This document shows, in pieces, positions 1 to 11,124 of a stretch of DNA of 64,000 bases. Numbering within the stretch: position 1 is the stretch's first letter; each line of letters starts with the position of its first letter. The notes beneath the pieces are model-generated. The model was given only the letters and a program-made list of their open reading frames with translations, searched no databases and was not told the DNA's origin. The stretch comes from Selaginella moellendorffii (taxonomy: Eukaryota; Plantae; Lycopodiophyta): assembly GCF_000143415.4 (NCBI RefSeq), contig NW_003314284.1:1098693-1162692 (forward strand), given 5' to 3'. A program made the position numbers and the translations under genes.

Positions 1-128
1 TTTTTGAATGCGCTCGCGGGAATATCCGACGGAGGTGCTGCTTCCAGGCAGCTTCGCGACGGGCGCCACGTACCACTGCTTAGAAGCTTCCTGGGCGACC
101 GCGCGATGGTATCCACGGAGACGATCAT
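1..128 (-). CDS. Possible 5' end of a gene running out of the window (transit-peptide-like N-terminus)
   Basis: ATG at 128 on the minus strand opens MIVSVDTIARSPRKLLSSGTWRPSRSCLEAAPPSDIPASAFK with no stop to the window edge. It is S/R-rich and divergent from the PPR at 199. No family motif is visible. Confidence 0.25.
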   Translation of the reverse strand, partial: MIVSVDTIARSPRKLLSSGTWRPSRSCLEAAPPSDIPASAFK

Positions 129-198
129 GAGGTCGCGCAAGGATCGTGGGTGGAAAGAGGAAAAGAAAACGTAATGTCAAGCACGAGATTGACATGAC

Positions 199-2565
199 AT
201 GGTGTCATGCGCGCCACCCTCGGAGGATTTTGGTTCGGCTCTCAAGCGCTGCTGCGAATCCAAGGACTTGGCGCTTGGCCGCCGGCTCCACTCTCAGATC
301 GATCGAGCTGGGCTTGCCACCAGCGACACATTTCTCGCCAATCTCCTCATCCAGATGTATGGTAAGTGCGGGAGGAGCGAAGACGCGCGCCGTGTCTTCC
401 ACCAGATCCACAGGCCCAATGTTTTCTCCTGGAACTTTATCATAGCAGCATATGCCCAGAATGGGCATCTGGAGCAGGCGAAGCTTCACTTTGATCGGAT
501 GCCCAATCGGAATTTCGTTTCGTGGTGCGCGTTGATCTCGGGCTACGCTTGCAATGGCGAAGTCGAAGGGGCGAAAGCGCTGCTGGATCGAATGCCCTCC
601 TGGAACCCAATCGCTTGGACTGCCGTGATGCGCGCGCGCGCCCAGTCCGGGGATTTGTGTGGCGCTCGGCTGATGTTTGACGAGATGCCCGAGCGGGATT
701 TGATCTCGCGCAACTGCATGATATCTGCTTATGCCGAGGGTGGCGATTTCGATCAAGCGAAGCTACTGTTTGATGATATGCCCGAGTGGGACGTTGTGTC
801 TTTCACTGCGATGATCAGAGCATACACACAAGGCCACTTAGTAGATCAAGCAAAAGCGTTTTTTGATACCATACCCCAGAAAAACACCGTGTCTTGGAAT
901 TCCCTTCTCCATGCTTATGCCCAAGCGGGGCATCTAGCAGAGGCGCGGCAAGTGTTCGAATCCATTCCAGAGAAAAACCTCACGTCATGGACCACGATGA
1001 TCGCAGCGTGTTGCACCAACGGCCAGATTGACGCGGCGGCGGATCTCTACCGTCGGATGCCCGCGCGGGACGTGGTGTCGTCGGCGACAGTGATCGCGGC
1101 GGCAGGGGACCACGCGACCGCGACGCGGATATTCCGCGCGATGCCCCTCGTGGACGAGGTAGCATGCACGGCCATGATCGCGGCGATGTCGCAGGGTGGC
1201 GACCTCGAGGGCGCCAAGGCCCTGTTTGACAAAATGGCGGAGCGCCACCTGGTGACGTGGAATGCCATGCTGGCAGCGTTCGCGGACAACGGCCACGTGG
1301 AGGGCGCCAAGTCGCTGTTTGACAGTATGCCGCGCCGGGACATGGTGACGTGGGCGACGATGCTGTCGGCCTTCGCGCAGCACGGCGGGCGATTCTTCGA
1401 CAGCGCCAAGCGGTGCTTCGATTTGATGCCCGAGTGGAACACCGTGGCGTGGAACTCGATGATCCAGGCGCTGGCGGCGCGGCGCGACACCGCAGCAGCG
1501 CGGGCGATCTTCGATGGTGCGGTGCCGGAGCACGACGTGGTGATGATCAACGCAATGATCGCCGCCCACGGCGAGAATGGGGAGCTGGGCGACGCGCGCG
1601 AGCTCTTCGATTCCATGCCGGAGCGCACGATCATCTCCTGGAACTCGATCGTCCAGGCGTGCGTGATCGACGGCGATGTTCACGGCGCGGTGGAGCTGGT
1701 CGAGCGGATGCCCAGGCGAGACGTACTGACGTGGACGGCCCTGATAAACCTCCACTCTCGGGCCTCGAACCTAGAGCTGGCCAAAAGCATCTTCGACCAG
1801 ATGCCGGAGCACGACGTCGTGGCCTGTACGGCTCTGCTCATGGGGTTTGCACGGAATGGCGACCTGGAGGGGACGAAGAGGGTGTACGACACGATGCCGT
1901 GCAAGAACTCCGTGACAACGCTGGCGATGGTGGTGGCGTACGGGGAGTTCTTGGAGCTGGGCGCCGCGAAGCACCTGTTCGATCGAATGCCCAAGGACAA
2001 TTGCGTGCCCTGGAGCGCGATGGTCACCACGTATGCACGGAATGGATACGTGAGCGAGGCCAAGGCGGTGTTTGACACCATGCCCGATCGCGATCCGGTC
2101 TCGTGGTCGGGGATGATCACCGCCGCGGCGCAGTTTGGATCCAGCGGCGAGGCGCTGGGATTGCTGCGATTGATGGGCATGGAAGCGGCCTCGCCAAACG
2201 AGGTGCTCTTCCTGAGCCTCCTCTTCGTTTGCAGCCACTTGGGGCGCGTCAAGGAGGCGCGGGAGTTCTTCCGGGTGATGAGCGAGCACGGATTGGCGGC
2301 GTGGCGCGAGCATTTCTCGTGCTTGATCGCTGTTCTAGGCCGCGCCGGGGAATTGGCCGCCGCCGAGGAGCTGATCGAAAGAATGCCCTTTGTGCCCAAC
2401 CAAGCCTCGTGGAGCGCACTGCTCAATGCATGCCGGATCCATAGGGATGTGGAGCGCGGGGCGCGAGCGACGCAGCGAGCCCTAGAACAGGATCCCGCCA
2501 GCGCGGGAACTTACGTCCTGCTCGCAAACACGTTTTTGCCGCCTTGCCAGCCGCTAGAGCCCTAG
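199..2565 (+). CDS. PLS-class pentatricopeptide repeat protein (long array of short S/SS motifs, E domain, no DYW)
   Basis: Single-exon 788-aa ORF with ~20 tandem ~31-aa repeats (W/F-x-A-M-I-x-A-Y-A..G....A..LFD.MP). It ends in an S2/E-type region (EHFSCLIAVLGRAG..AEELIERMPFVPNQASWSALLNACRIH..YVLLAN). Confidence 0.95.
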   Translation: MVSCAPPSEDFGSALKRCCESKDLALGRRLHSQIDRAGLATSDTFLANLLIQMYGKCGRSEDARRVFHQIHRPNVFSWNFIIAAYAQNGHLEQAKLHFDRMPNRNFVSWCALISGYACNGEVEGAKALLDRMPSWNPIAWTAVMRARAQSGDLCGARLMFDEMPERDLISRNCMISAYAEGGDFDQAKLLFDDMPEWDVVSFTAMIRAYTQGHLVDQAKAFFDTIPQKNTVSWNSLLHAYAQAGHLAEARQVFESIPEKNLTSWTTMIAACCTNGQIDAAADLYRRMPARDVVSSATVIAAAGDHATATRIFRAMPLVDEVACTAMIAAMSQGGDLEGAKALFDKMAERHLVTWNAMLAAFADNGHVEGAKSLFDSMPRRDMVTWATMLSAFAQHGGRFFDSAKRCFDLMPEWNTVAWNSMIQALAARRDTAAARAIFDGAVPEHDVVMINAMIAAHGENGELGDARELFDSMPERTIISWNSIVQACVIDGDVHGAVELVERMPRRDVLTWTALINLHSRASNLELAKSIFDQMPEHDVVACTALLMGFARNGDLEGTKRVYDTMPCKNSVTTLAMVVAYGEFLELGAAKHLFDRMPKDNCVPWSAMVTTYARNGYVSEAKAVFDTMPDRDPVSWSGMITAAAQFGSSGEALGLLRLMGMEAASPNEVLFLSLLFVCSHLGRVKEAREFFRVMSEHGLAAWREHFSCLIAVLGRAGELAAAEELIERMPFVPNQASWSALLNACRIHRDVERGARATQRALEQDPASAGTYVLLANTFLPPCQPLEP

Positions 2566-2681
2566 ATTTCGGAATATGCTTGCGTAGAGCCCTACATTTT
2601 CGAATATGCCGGCGCCATGGCATCCGAATATCCGCCTTGACCTCTCGATTTATTTTTGCCCTAGGGAGGAAGCGCGCAGCA

Positions 2682-4882
2682 ATGGCGGAGGCGACTGCAA
2701 CGCTAGGGTTCTTCACCGGCGGCGCGGTTCCAGCGGCGGCAGAGGGAGCGGAGGCCTCTCCCAACAACAGCAGCGATTACGACAGCGATGTGAGCGAGGG
2801 TACGCTGGCATTGGCGCTGCGGCGCCGCGAGGCGAGCGACGAGGACGATGAGGAGGACGAGGAAGAAGCTGGAGCTGGGGATGGGGCTTGGCTGGATGAG
2901 GAGGAGGCCGAGGAGTTCATTGACGAGTCGTTCGATGGGCGCCAGCAGCTGGGTAAGGATGGGAATGACTTGGCCCGCAAGGATTCTGGCGAAGGAGGCG
3001 CGGCGGGCGATGAGAAGAAGGAGGCTGAGCCATTTATGGTTCCCACGAATGGCGCATTCTACATGCATGACGATCGATTCCGGGACAGTGGTGGAGCGAG
3101 ACCCAGGTCTGTGATGGTTTTTCCTTTTTTATCGAGCTTGTCTCTAGAAATCTTTTTATTTAGGCGTGGAATGGGAGGAAGGAGGCTCTGGGAGGCGAAA
3201 GATGAGAAGCCTTGGGTCCATGACATGTTCGAGGAGCTTACACTAGGAGCACAAGAGGTTGGTTTTCTAGTTTCTTCTCCTTCCGGAATGAGCTCTGGTT
3301 TATGTCAGAACTTACGGCGAAGAGGAAGAGGCCAAGGCCGCGGAAGAGGAAGAGGCCGAGGCCGTGGAAGAGGCCGGCTTGTCAATCCCACCGAGGAGAA
3401 CGGCCCTGTGCTTACGCAGCGCGTCTCTGTGAAAGGCCGAGGAGCAAAGAAGGACCACGAAGACGCGGCTCCTCTTGCTAACAAGTAGTGGTGGCACTCT
3501 CTTCCTCTGGTGTTTTGGTTTTCGTGCTTGCCTGACGCATTCATATCGAGTGTAAGCCTGGTGTGGGATTTTTCTTTTTGCTCTAGCTAAGCAATGAACT
3601 CTAAAGGACAACTTCTTTGGAGCTACTGAATATCGGCACTGTTCTGTGTTGTAGGGAGCTGGGCAGTCAGTATGTCGCTAAGAAACAAGTTGGCGCTTCC
3701 AGCCTGAGCTCGTCCTCGCCGCCATTCTTCCCAACCGGGGCGTCAGGGGTGCAAGACGCTGGGCATCAGGAAAGCAGCAAGAGAGTTATCGGAAACGGCC
3801 TAAGGAAGCTGACCGCGAGCTCGTCCGTCTTTGTACCGAAGCTCCCCCACGGGAAATCTGATACGGCCGAAGCCTCAAGCTCCTTATTCTCGGCGCAAGC
3901 ACCCACGTCTTCGAGGCACGCATCCAAAGCCGCGGACTCGCATTTTTACTCGAAAGGCCGGTTAGTAACAGGATCAGCAGCTGGGAAAGGCAAAGCTGTG
4001 GCTCAGTCTCAGGCTTCTACGAGTAGGATAGTCCAGCAGCCAGCCCAGGCGCAACACTCTCAGGAGTTTCACTCTTCGACGTCTAGTCTGCGGGGAAATC
4101 CTCTCGTCAGTGCGAACGACTCTGGAGCGGCTGTTGGTGGCGGTGGAAGAGGTGCCCGGACTGCTTCGTCTGGAAAGAGTTCCCTCGTGTATGGCAGCGC
4201 TCCTGCTCGAGACAACGCCTTTTCTCCGCCCCAAGTTTTGAGCCCACGTAAGTTCTATGCGATTTTTTTTGTTGAAGAGACTACTTATGTCCCGGTGTCT
4301 TGGCTGATCAGTTCTTCAGTATGGTAACCAGTCTCAAGGAGGGGTGATGGTTCCAAGCATGATGCCACTCTCGGGGCAACCTCTTTATGGATATGGGAAT
4401 TCCGAGATAGCTTGGTATGCTCTTTTTGTTAGTGTACTCTCAGCTTACATTTTTTTCTCTCTTTGCGATACAGGGTGCCAGTTCTGGCTGGAGGAGGGAA
4501 TGGGTTAGGCACCGGTTTCATGTCACCTTACATTGCTGTGGACAGCACGTCACCAGGAATGTATTTTGCGCAGCCATCTTCCCAGCCAGTGTTCCAGCCG
4601 TCTAGGTAGGATCTTACTCGTTAGGAGACGGTGATCTGACGCCAGTGCTTCTTGAGTAGGGAGCATGGATCGAATAACATGTGGAGGCCGCCTTCTGAAG
4701 CTTCAGGTAAGCATTCAAGTGCCCGGAGTTGAGAGAGTCTCAGCTTTTATACTCTCTGCGCAGGCTTGCCATCTGAAGAAAGGCAAAATAAACCTCGCAG
4801 GTATGCTTTTTGTGCTTCGTTGTTCTACGTTTTGTTCAATCGTTTCTGCAGCTCACTGGCGAAAGCGCAGAGCGCATATTGA
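2682..4882 (+). CDS. CASC3: CASC3/Barentsz/MLN51 exon-junction-complex subunit (multi-exon; 3' end tentative)
   Basis: ATG at 2682 and an acidic N-terminus with RRREASDEDDEE. Btz/SELOR motifs EPFMVPTNGAFYMHDDRF and W.HDMFEE are followed by RGRG repeats and a C-terminal KPR. Confidence 0.85.
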
Positions 4883-5320
4883 GGGAAAAGCTTCTCTACT
4901 TGTGAAGGCAAAGGATTGATCACGCGCTGGCGGTATCGTCGCGTGTGGTTCCTTGCCTTGTTCATTGCGGTATTATACTTACTGGTAAGCTCCTCTTTCT
5001 TTTCTTTCAGGTCTAAGTTTCGTGCTCAGGTAAATACAGTCGATTGCATTCAGTCAAGTTTACGAACTTAATTGGATCCCGAGTTGGAATTTGGGGAAGA
5101 ACAAACGATTTCTGTAAGAGCAATGAGTGGAGAATTTCACGATATGATTGATATATACATTATATTATACTTTTGTTCTTTGATTATATGTGGAGTGAAG
5201 TAAAAGTCGTTCTTGTGTATCGGTTAGTTTTCCCGTGTTTGTGGTGTTTCACTGGATGAATAGGTAGGGTTCGTGGCTGGGCGCGCTAGGGCAAGAGGAG
5301 GAGAGGAGGCTCCCTGGCGC

Positions 5321-5909
5321 ATGGGGCAGATAATCCAGGAGTACTTGTCGGGCAATCGAATCTATTGTTGCAGCAATTGCCACGCCCACGCCGCCGATCA
5401 CGAGGAAGTCGTGTCCAAGCAATTCCATGGCCGATACGGTCGCGCCTATCTCTTTAACAAAGTGTAAGTGGGCGATTCTAGTGCATTTTGTTTTGGGTTG
5501 GGTTGCATTGGATTGGAATTGGAAGACTGGATTGATGGATTTTCTTTGTTTGTGCCCTTTCTTCTTTCTTTGCCCTTTCAGTACTGTTGGATTGACTGAG
5601 TGGTAACAGGGTGAATGTGTTTCTTGGGCCCAAGGAGGAGCGCAATCTCATTACGGGCTTGCACACGGTGAACGATATCTATTGTATTTGCTGCCAGCAA
5701 GTTCTTGGCTGGAAATATGTGAGTCTTTTATCTTTTTTCCTTCTGCTTTTTTTTACAAGTTTGGCGTTTTTTCTCTTTTTTTTTGTGGTTTTTTCTTCTT
5801 CTTTTTTTCTCACATGGACTTCCAGGATACAGCCTACGAGCAGAGGGAGAAGTACAAAGAAGGCAAATTCATCATCGAAAAGAAGAAGATGACCAAAGAG
5901 AATTGGTAG
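5321..5909 (+). CDS. Yippee-like zinc-binding protein (3 exons)
   Basis: [30 protein letters not shown] / [35 protein letters not shown] / [16 protein letters not shown], joined by GT-AG introns. Confidence 0.95.
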
Positions 5910-6555
5910 AGCGATGGCACTTCTCTTTTGTACAGACCGGAGGTAAAGAAAAAGATCCCGAAAAGAAATCACGGCGTCAGGGAAAGTTTGTCGTCAATAA
6001 AGGCCTAAAGTTTTGGTTCGTATGAGTTTTTTTTATGATTGCATCCAAGAAGTCAAGGAAACCTCATGAGCAATCGAGTCAGCTTTGCATCGATGAAGTA
6101 AGACTTGGAAAAGAGTGGTACAAAATGATGACTACTCACAATCTCAAAACTTTCACATCTACAAGCTCCACCAACTTGCTAGGGCAAACTTCGTTCCAAG
6201 CAGGCTGCTAAATGTATTGCCTAATATCTCCAATTATGGCAATGACATATTAATATGCTGTGTCTTGTTGCAAGAGAAGTGAAGGAACCATGAAAAACTT
6301 CTCAAGCGCTCGGAAGGCATTCACAAAATCTCGTTTGGAAGATATCTTTCAAAATTTCTCCATGTGACCCAGAGCTTTGACACACACACACAGTGAGCGA
6401 GCGAGAAGAGAGTGAGAGAGAGAGAGCTCTTGGGAGCTTGGTTGATAGCAGGGAAATGCGGACGGGATTCTGATCTACTATTGCCGCGAGCCCTTTGTGG
6501 TTGTGATCCGAGGACATTTCAACGAGGTGGTGGACACAGGTTTGCCGGCGGAAAG

Positions 6556-7766
6556 ATGCCCCAGGCGACCATCGACATGATCATTGCTGAGTACGCCGTT
6601 TCTAGAATTTTGTCACATCGTCTTTTTCAGATTGTTTGACAACAACAGGGGGGAAAACATCAGGTAAATCCAGTTCATGGCTTTGGGACTTCCTGGAATG
6701 TTTGTGAACGGATAAGGAATGGAGGGAGTACGAGAAGAACAAGTTCATCAAGGGTGTGTTGGGGTAGCGTCTTCGCCAAAAGCTCACAACCAGGGGTTTA
6801 CAATGGCACCCTACATAGCTGATCAAACTCTGGGCGACGACGCCTCAGATGACGAAGAATCAGCAGTGGATGAACACGGGTCTCAAGCCGTGTTGCTCTG
6901 TACAATTGCACAACGAATGGGATCATTCAAGCTGCAGCCTATGCAAGAGCGGGAGTGATTCGCAACGTTCAGAATGGCCATGGACTGCCGGTCTACTTAT
7001 TGTGTCCGGGTGCGACAAAGTGGTACTATCCAAACTGAATGCCAGTCTCCGGTATCTACGAAAGAACTGCAGTGACGAGAAGTGCAACTTCCCAACACAG
7101 AAATATGCGGTTGGCAGACTATGAGATCACCCCGCTCTTTCAGCTTCCACGTTGTTTGGAGGCTGCCCTCATACATGTTGAGATTAATCACTGGGGACAC
7201 CGTGTTCGAATGGACACCTGAGGAAGTGATGGTTGTGAAGCTGATTCAACAGGCAATGATCAGTGATGTATCAAAGAAAGGTGGTGCTCAAATTGAGACT
7301 TTGAGGAAGCTCTGGTCTATAGGGGCCCCGGTACAACAAAGCGTTCAATGGGCGTGAGCAGCCTTGGTCGACACACTTGAGCAGGCCGAGCTACTGTCTT
7401 CCTTGCTACCTCCAGAAGAAGCCATGTCACTCTTGCAACATTCACAGAGTGGGGCTCAATTTGTGCTTGCTAAGCCAGTGCCAGAACATTTTCTTTCTAG
7501 TGTTCCAAAAATGTGTGGCATCAAGTTCCAATGATGTTGTCAATTTTGCCGTTAAGAGTGAAGTTGGTTCTGTGGAGATTAAGACGGACATCGATTCTGT
7601 GGAGTTTAAGATGGGTTCTACTAACGTTGAGCAGACTGTGGAGCAAACAAAAGCAAAACAAAGGAAGCTAAGGGGAACCAAAAGGAAGACATTGGAACTT
7701 AAAGCAAAGCCCAGAGCTAAGAAAGCCAAGGGGAATGTTCAAAGGAAGACATTGGCAAAAGGATAA
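6556..7766 (+). pseudogene. Decayed coding sequence of unknown family (probably repeat/TE-derived)
   Basis: A long, mostly continuous protein-like reading (..WLWDFLECL*TDKEWREYEKNKFIKGVLG*RLRQKL..CSLCKSG..LIQQAMISDVSKKGGAQIETLRKLW..) is interrupted by TGA/TAG stops and a frameshift. It borders the TE island. Confidence 0.35.
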
Positions 7767-8050
7767 ATGGTTAGTATTGATTTATCCATGTTAAAAAACT
7801 TAAGATATAATAAAATAAATCCCTTCTAATACCAGTTGTTAGAACTTAATGAAGAATTATCGCACTGATGTACAATAGATCACCACCCAACCACCTTCAA
7901 GCCCTCTGTGCCTTTATGCCATTGCTCACAGTTGTGAGTGTGCTCCACTTCCACTGTATCCCCAAAAGCCCTTGATTAGTTGTGATTAATCTTTGTAAAA
8001 TAGGTTATGGGTTAACTTTAATCCTAAGATTATAATAATCTTCCCCTAGT

Positions 8051-8993
8051 CTGATGCTGTATTCCAATATTAACACAGTGAGATTTTAATAGCTGTCAAA
8101 TTAGTTTCAATCTGAATCATTTGCTCCTATATATAATCTAAGGTTTTTAGACTAATTAATATGAATATTTTTGCATTCCCATTAGTTAAGGAGAGGGGTA
8201 TCTTTGATTGTCTCTAAGGAGTGCTTAGATTTGGGATTTTGGTTTAGATTTAACTTTTGCATTGTTTAAATCTCATTGTTCTTATAACGTTTTCAATTTT
8301 TTTTTTTTTTTTTGTTTTTTCTAGCTTTTTATTCATCTTCATATGGCAAAGCAACAATCTCCTCCTTTAACTTTAGAGTAATAGTTGATGTAGTTGTTTA
8401 ATATTATTGGTTGTAGTTGAACAATTAGACTCAATTAATAATAACATTTATGGCATATGGTATAACTCTCCGTGCACTTATTACCAATCCTCATATCTAG
8501 TCGAAATGATTCTTAGGATTCTTATAGAAAAACTCTAGCCGAATATGTGGATTGGTAGTAAGAGCAAGAGTAGTTGTGCCACATACTACTACTATCAATT
8601 GAGTTTAATTATTTAATTACAAACACATAGCATCAAACAATTGCATTAACTATTGCTCTATAGTTAAAGGAGGAGGCTGCCATGAAGATGAACAAAAAAG
8701 TAAAAAATAAACAAAAGAGAAGAAATTGAAAAAGCTATAAGGAAAGTGAGATTTAAATAATACAAAAGCTAAATCTAAATTAAATCTCAAATCCAAGCAC
8801 TTCCTAAGGAAAATTAAAGATGCCTTTTACCTCTACTAATGTGAGTGTATGGAATATAGAATTGAAATACAAAAATGTGCATTTTAATTAGCCCAAAAAC
8901 ACTAGTTTATATATAAAAGTGAGTGTTCCAAATTGAAATTAATCTAACAGTTATTAAAATCCCATTATACTAATATTAATATACAATATCATA
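8051..8993. repeat. Diverged inverted repeat (arms ~8051-8503 and ~8537-8993, spacer ~35 bp) containing LTR sequence
   Basis: The reverse complement of 8537-8993 aligns colinearly with 8051-8503. Examples: ggagtgcttagatttgggatttt vs ctcaaatccaagcacttcc, and ctcctttaactttagag vs ctctatagttaaaggag. Confidence 0.85.
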
Positions 8994-9014
8994 GCTGTAC
9001 ACTTGGATCTCACA
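8840..9014 (-). mobile_element. Solo/extra LTR copy of the local Ty3/gypsy family
   Basis: 175 bp, TGTGAG...CTCACA termini. It is a direct repeat of the LTR at 9089-9264, separated from it by a TA-rich microsatellite (9015-9088). Confidence 0.8.
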
Positions 9015-9088
9015 TACATACATATATTTTAGTTACTATATATAGTTAGTTTATTTATATTTATATTTATATATGTATGTATATATTG

Positions 9089-11122
9089 TGTGAGTGCTTG
9101 GAATATAAAAAGGGAATACAAAAAATGTGCATCTCAATTAACCCAAAAACCTTAGTTTATATACAAGAGTGAGTGGTCCGAATTGAAACCAATCTGACGG
9201 CTACCAAAATCCCACTACACTAATATTAATATATGGCATCGTAGCCATACACTTGGCCCTCACATCATCCCCTCCTCTTGGAATAATGGAAGACCATTAA
9301 GGTTCTCTTGTAAACGGGCTGGGATCTGGAGGACTGTCAGGAGGAGGCATCGGTGGATCTGTAAGTGGTATTAACTGCTTCTGATCCTTTTGTATAAAGC
9401 GTTTCAACTGATGTACATGCATAATCTCTGGAGGATTGGCCTGTTGGACATTATACCAAACCTCATAAACTTGAGGTCCAACTTGCCGCAACACCTAATA
9501 TGGTCCTTTCCACTACGCAAGGAGCCCTTAGACAAATTACATACTGTAAGATGGGGAAAACGGATTAACACCAAATCATCCACTTTGTACTCTGTAGGTA
9601 GACGATAATAGGAGTTGTAGCGCCATTGTTATCCCACTTGTATGCGGCCTAAGTGTTTAGCAGACTCAGCTCAAATAAGTGGAAGAATGCTTGTCAAATA
9701 CTGATCCCACGACCTAACATCAGTAGCTCGTGGCAATCGTGAAGGTAAACCTAGCTCTGTTAGTAATATTAGATCATGACCATATAAGAGTTTATATAGT
9801 GAAGCACCAACTGACTCTACACCCCTGTGACATATGCATACTGAAGAGACGGCAAATAACTATCCCAATCTGAATGCTGAAAGTTCACATACTTCGCAAT
9901 CATCCCTTTGAATGTCCGAACGAGCCGTTCCACCAGACTGTCTGATTGTGGATGATAAGCACTCATGAAAGTGTGGCGTATCCTCAACCAAAACGTCAAA
10001 ACATAAAATGCCTTAGCCATAAATGTGGGACCATTATCCGAAAGAATCCGCTCTAGACAAGAATGCTAGAACACCACTCGATTGAGGAGGAAGTATCCAA
10101 CAGTAGTTGTAGAAGCGCTAGCAAGAGCACCAACTTTCACCCAACGAGTCAAGTAGTCAAAAGCAATAATAACATACTCATTGCCAATAATTGATCGTGG
10201 AAAAAGTCCCATAAGATCAAACGCTATCAACTCAAACAGACGGAAAACTGCAATTGACTCCAACCGTCCTTCTGCAGCACGAGGGGGAGTATTACGAGCT
10301 TGACACCAAATGTAACTATGCATATATCGGATAATATTACATCGCATCTCTGGCCAATAGAAAGACCTATGCAGCTTCTCAGTTACACGACGATGTCCTA
10401 TATGCCCACCTAGAACAGGAGAATTATGGTAGGTATGGAGAAACTGTGGAATAAAGACAGAAGGCACCACTAGCCATAAATGATTATCAGGATCCGTCCC
10501 CACAAAATAAAGAAGGCCGTTGTCAAGGTGATATTGAGAATGTAAATGCCGGAATGGTAAGTCATCAATAAGTGATGCAAACTTCTCAAACCCATCTTGA
10601 AGCCTTCGAATTCACGACTCAATCTTTTGAGCCTCGCAAACCTCATCAAGAGAAGGTAGATCTTGCTCTACGCCTTGTGGACACTAAACATCAAGTACAG
10701 CAACCGCCGATGGCACAGATTCCTCATGTAGAAAATCCACAGATGTAGGAGCAATAGACTCATCAGAAACATGAGAAAAGAGTGAAGAAGGAAGAGGAGT
10801 TTGAGAAAGGGCATCAGCATTTGCAATAAAACTCCCTAGGCGATGAATAACATCAAAATCATATATCTGAAGCTTCAAAGCCCATTGAGCAATACGACCA
10901 ACTAGATTCTTCCACTTCAATAATGAAGTAACAGCAGTATAGTCACCTTCAAGTAATGTCTGAGAACCATGTAGATATATATGAAGTTTCTTGAAACCCC
11001 AAATTATTGCTAAACACTCCTTCTCTGTCATGGAGTAGTTCATCTCCGCTAGTTGTAATGTACGGCTTATATATGCAATGGGATGGCGCTGACTAGGCAC
11101 ACTCAAGCTCTTTTGCATCAAC
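9089..11122 (-). mobile_element. Ty3/gypsy LTR-retrotransposon 3' half (RNase H, integrase, PPT, 3' LTR), degenerate
   Basis: RNase H motif NYSMTEKECLAIIW. Integrase motifs YHNSPVLGGHIG..YWPEM..WCQ and SAYHPQSDSLVER. PPT (aagaggaggggatga on the minus strand, 9265-9279) abuts a 176-bp TG..CA LTR at 9089-9264. Multiple stops. Confidence 0.92.
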
Positions 11123-11124
11123 GA

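Noticed and set aside
205-2426. Many long antisense or alternate-frame ORFs over the PPR (and similarly over 19875-20768, 39619-40672, 56196-57509)
   Set aside because: Shadow ORFs expected from GC-rich coding sequence; they carry no motifs of their own.
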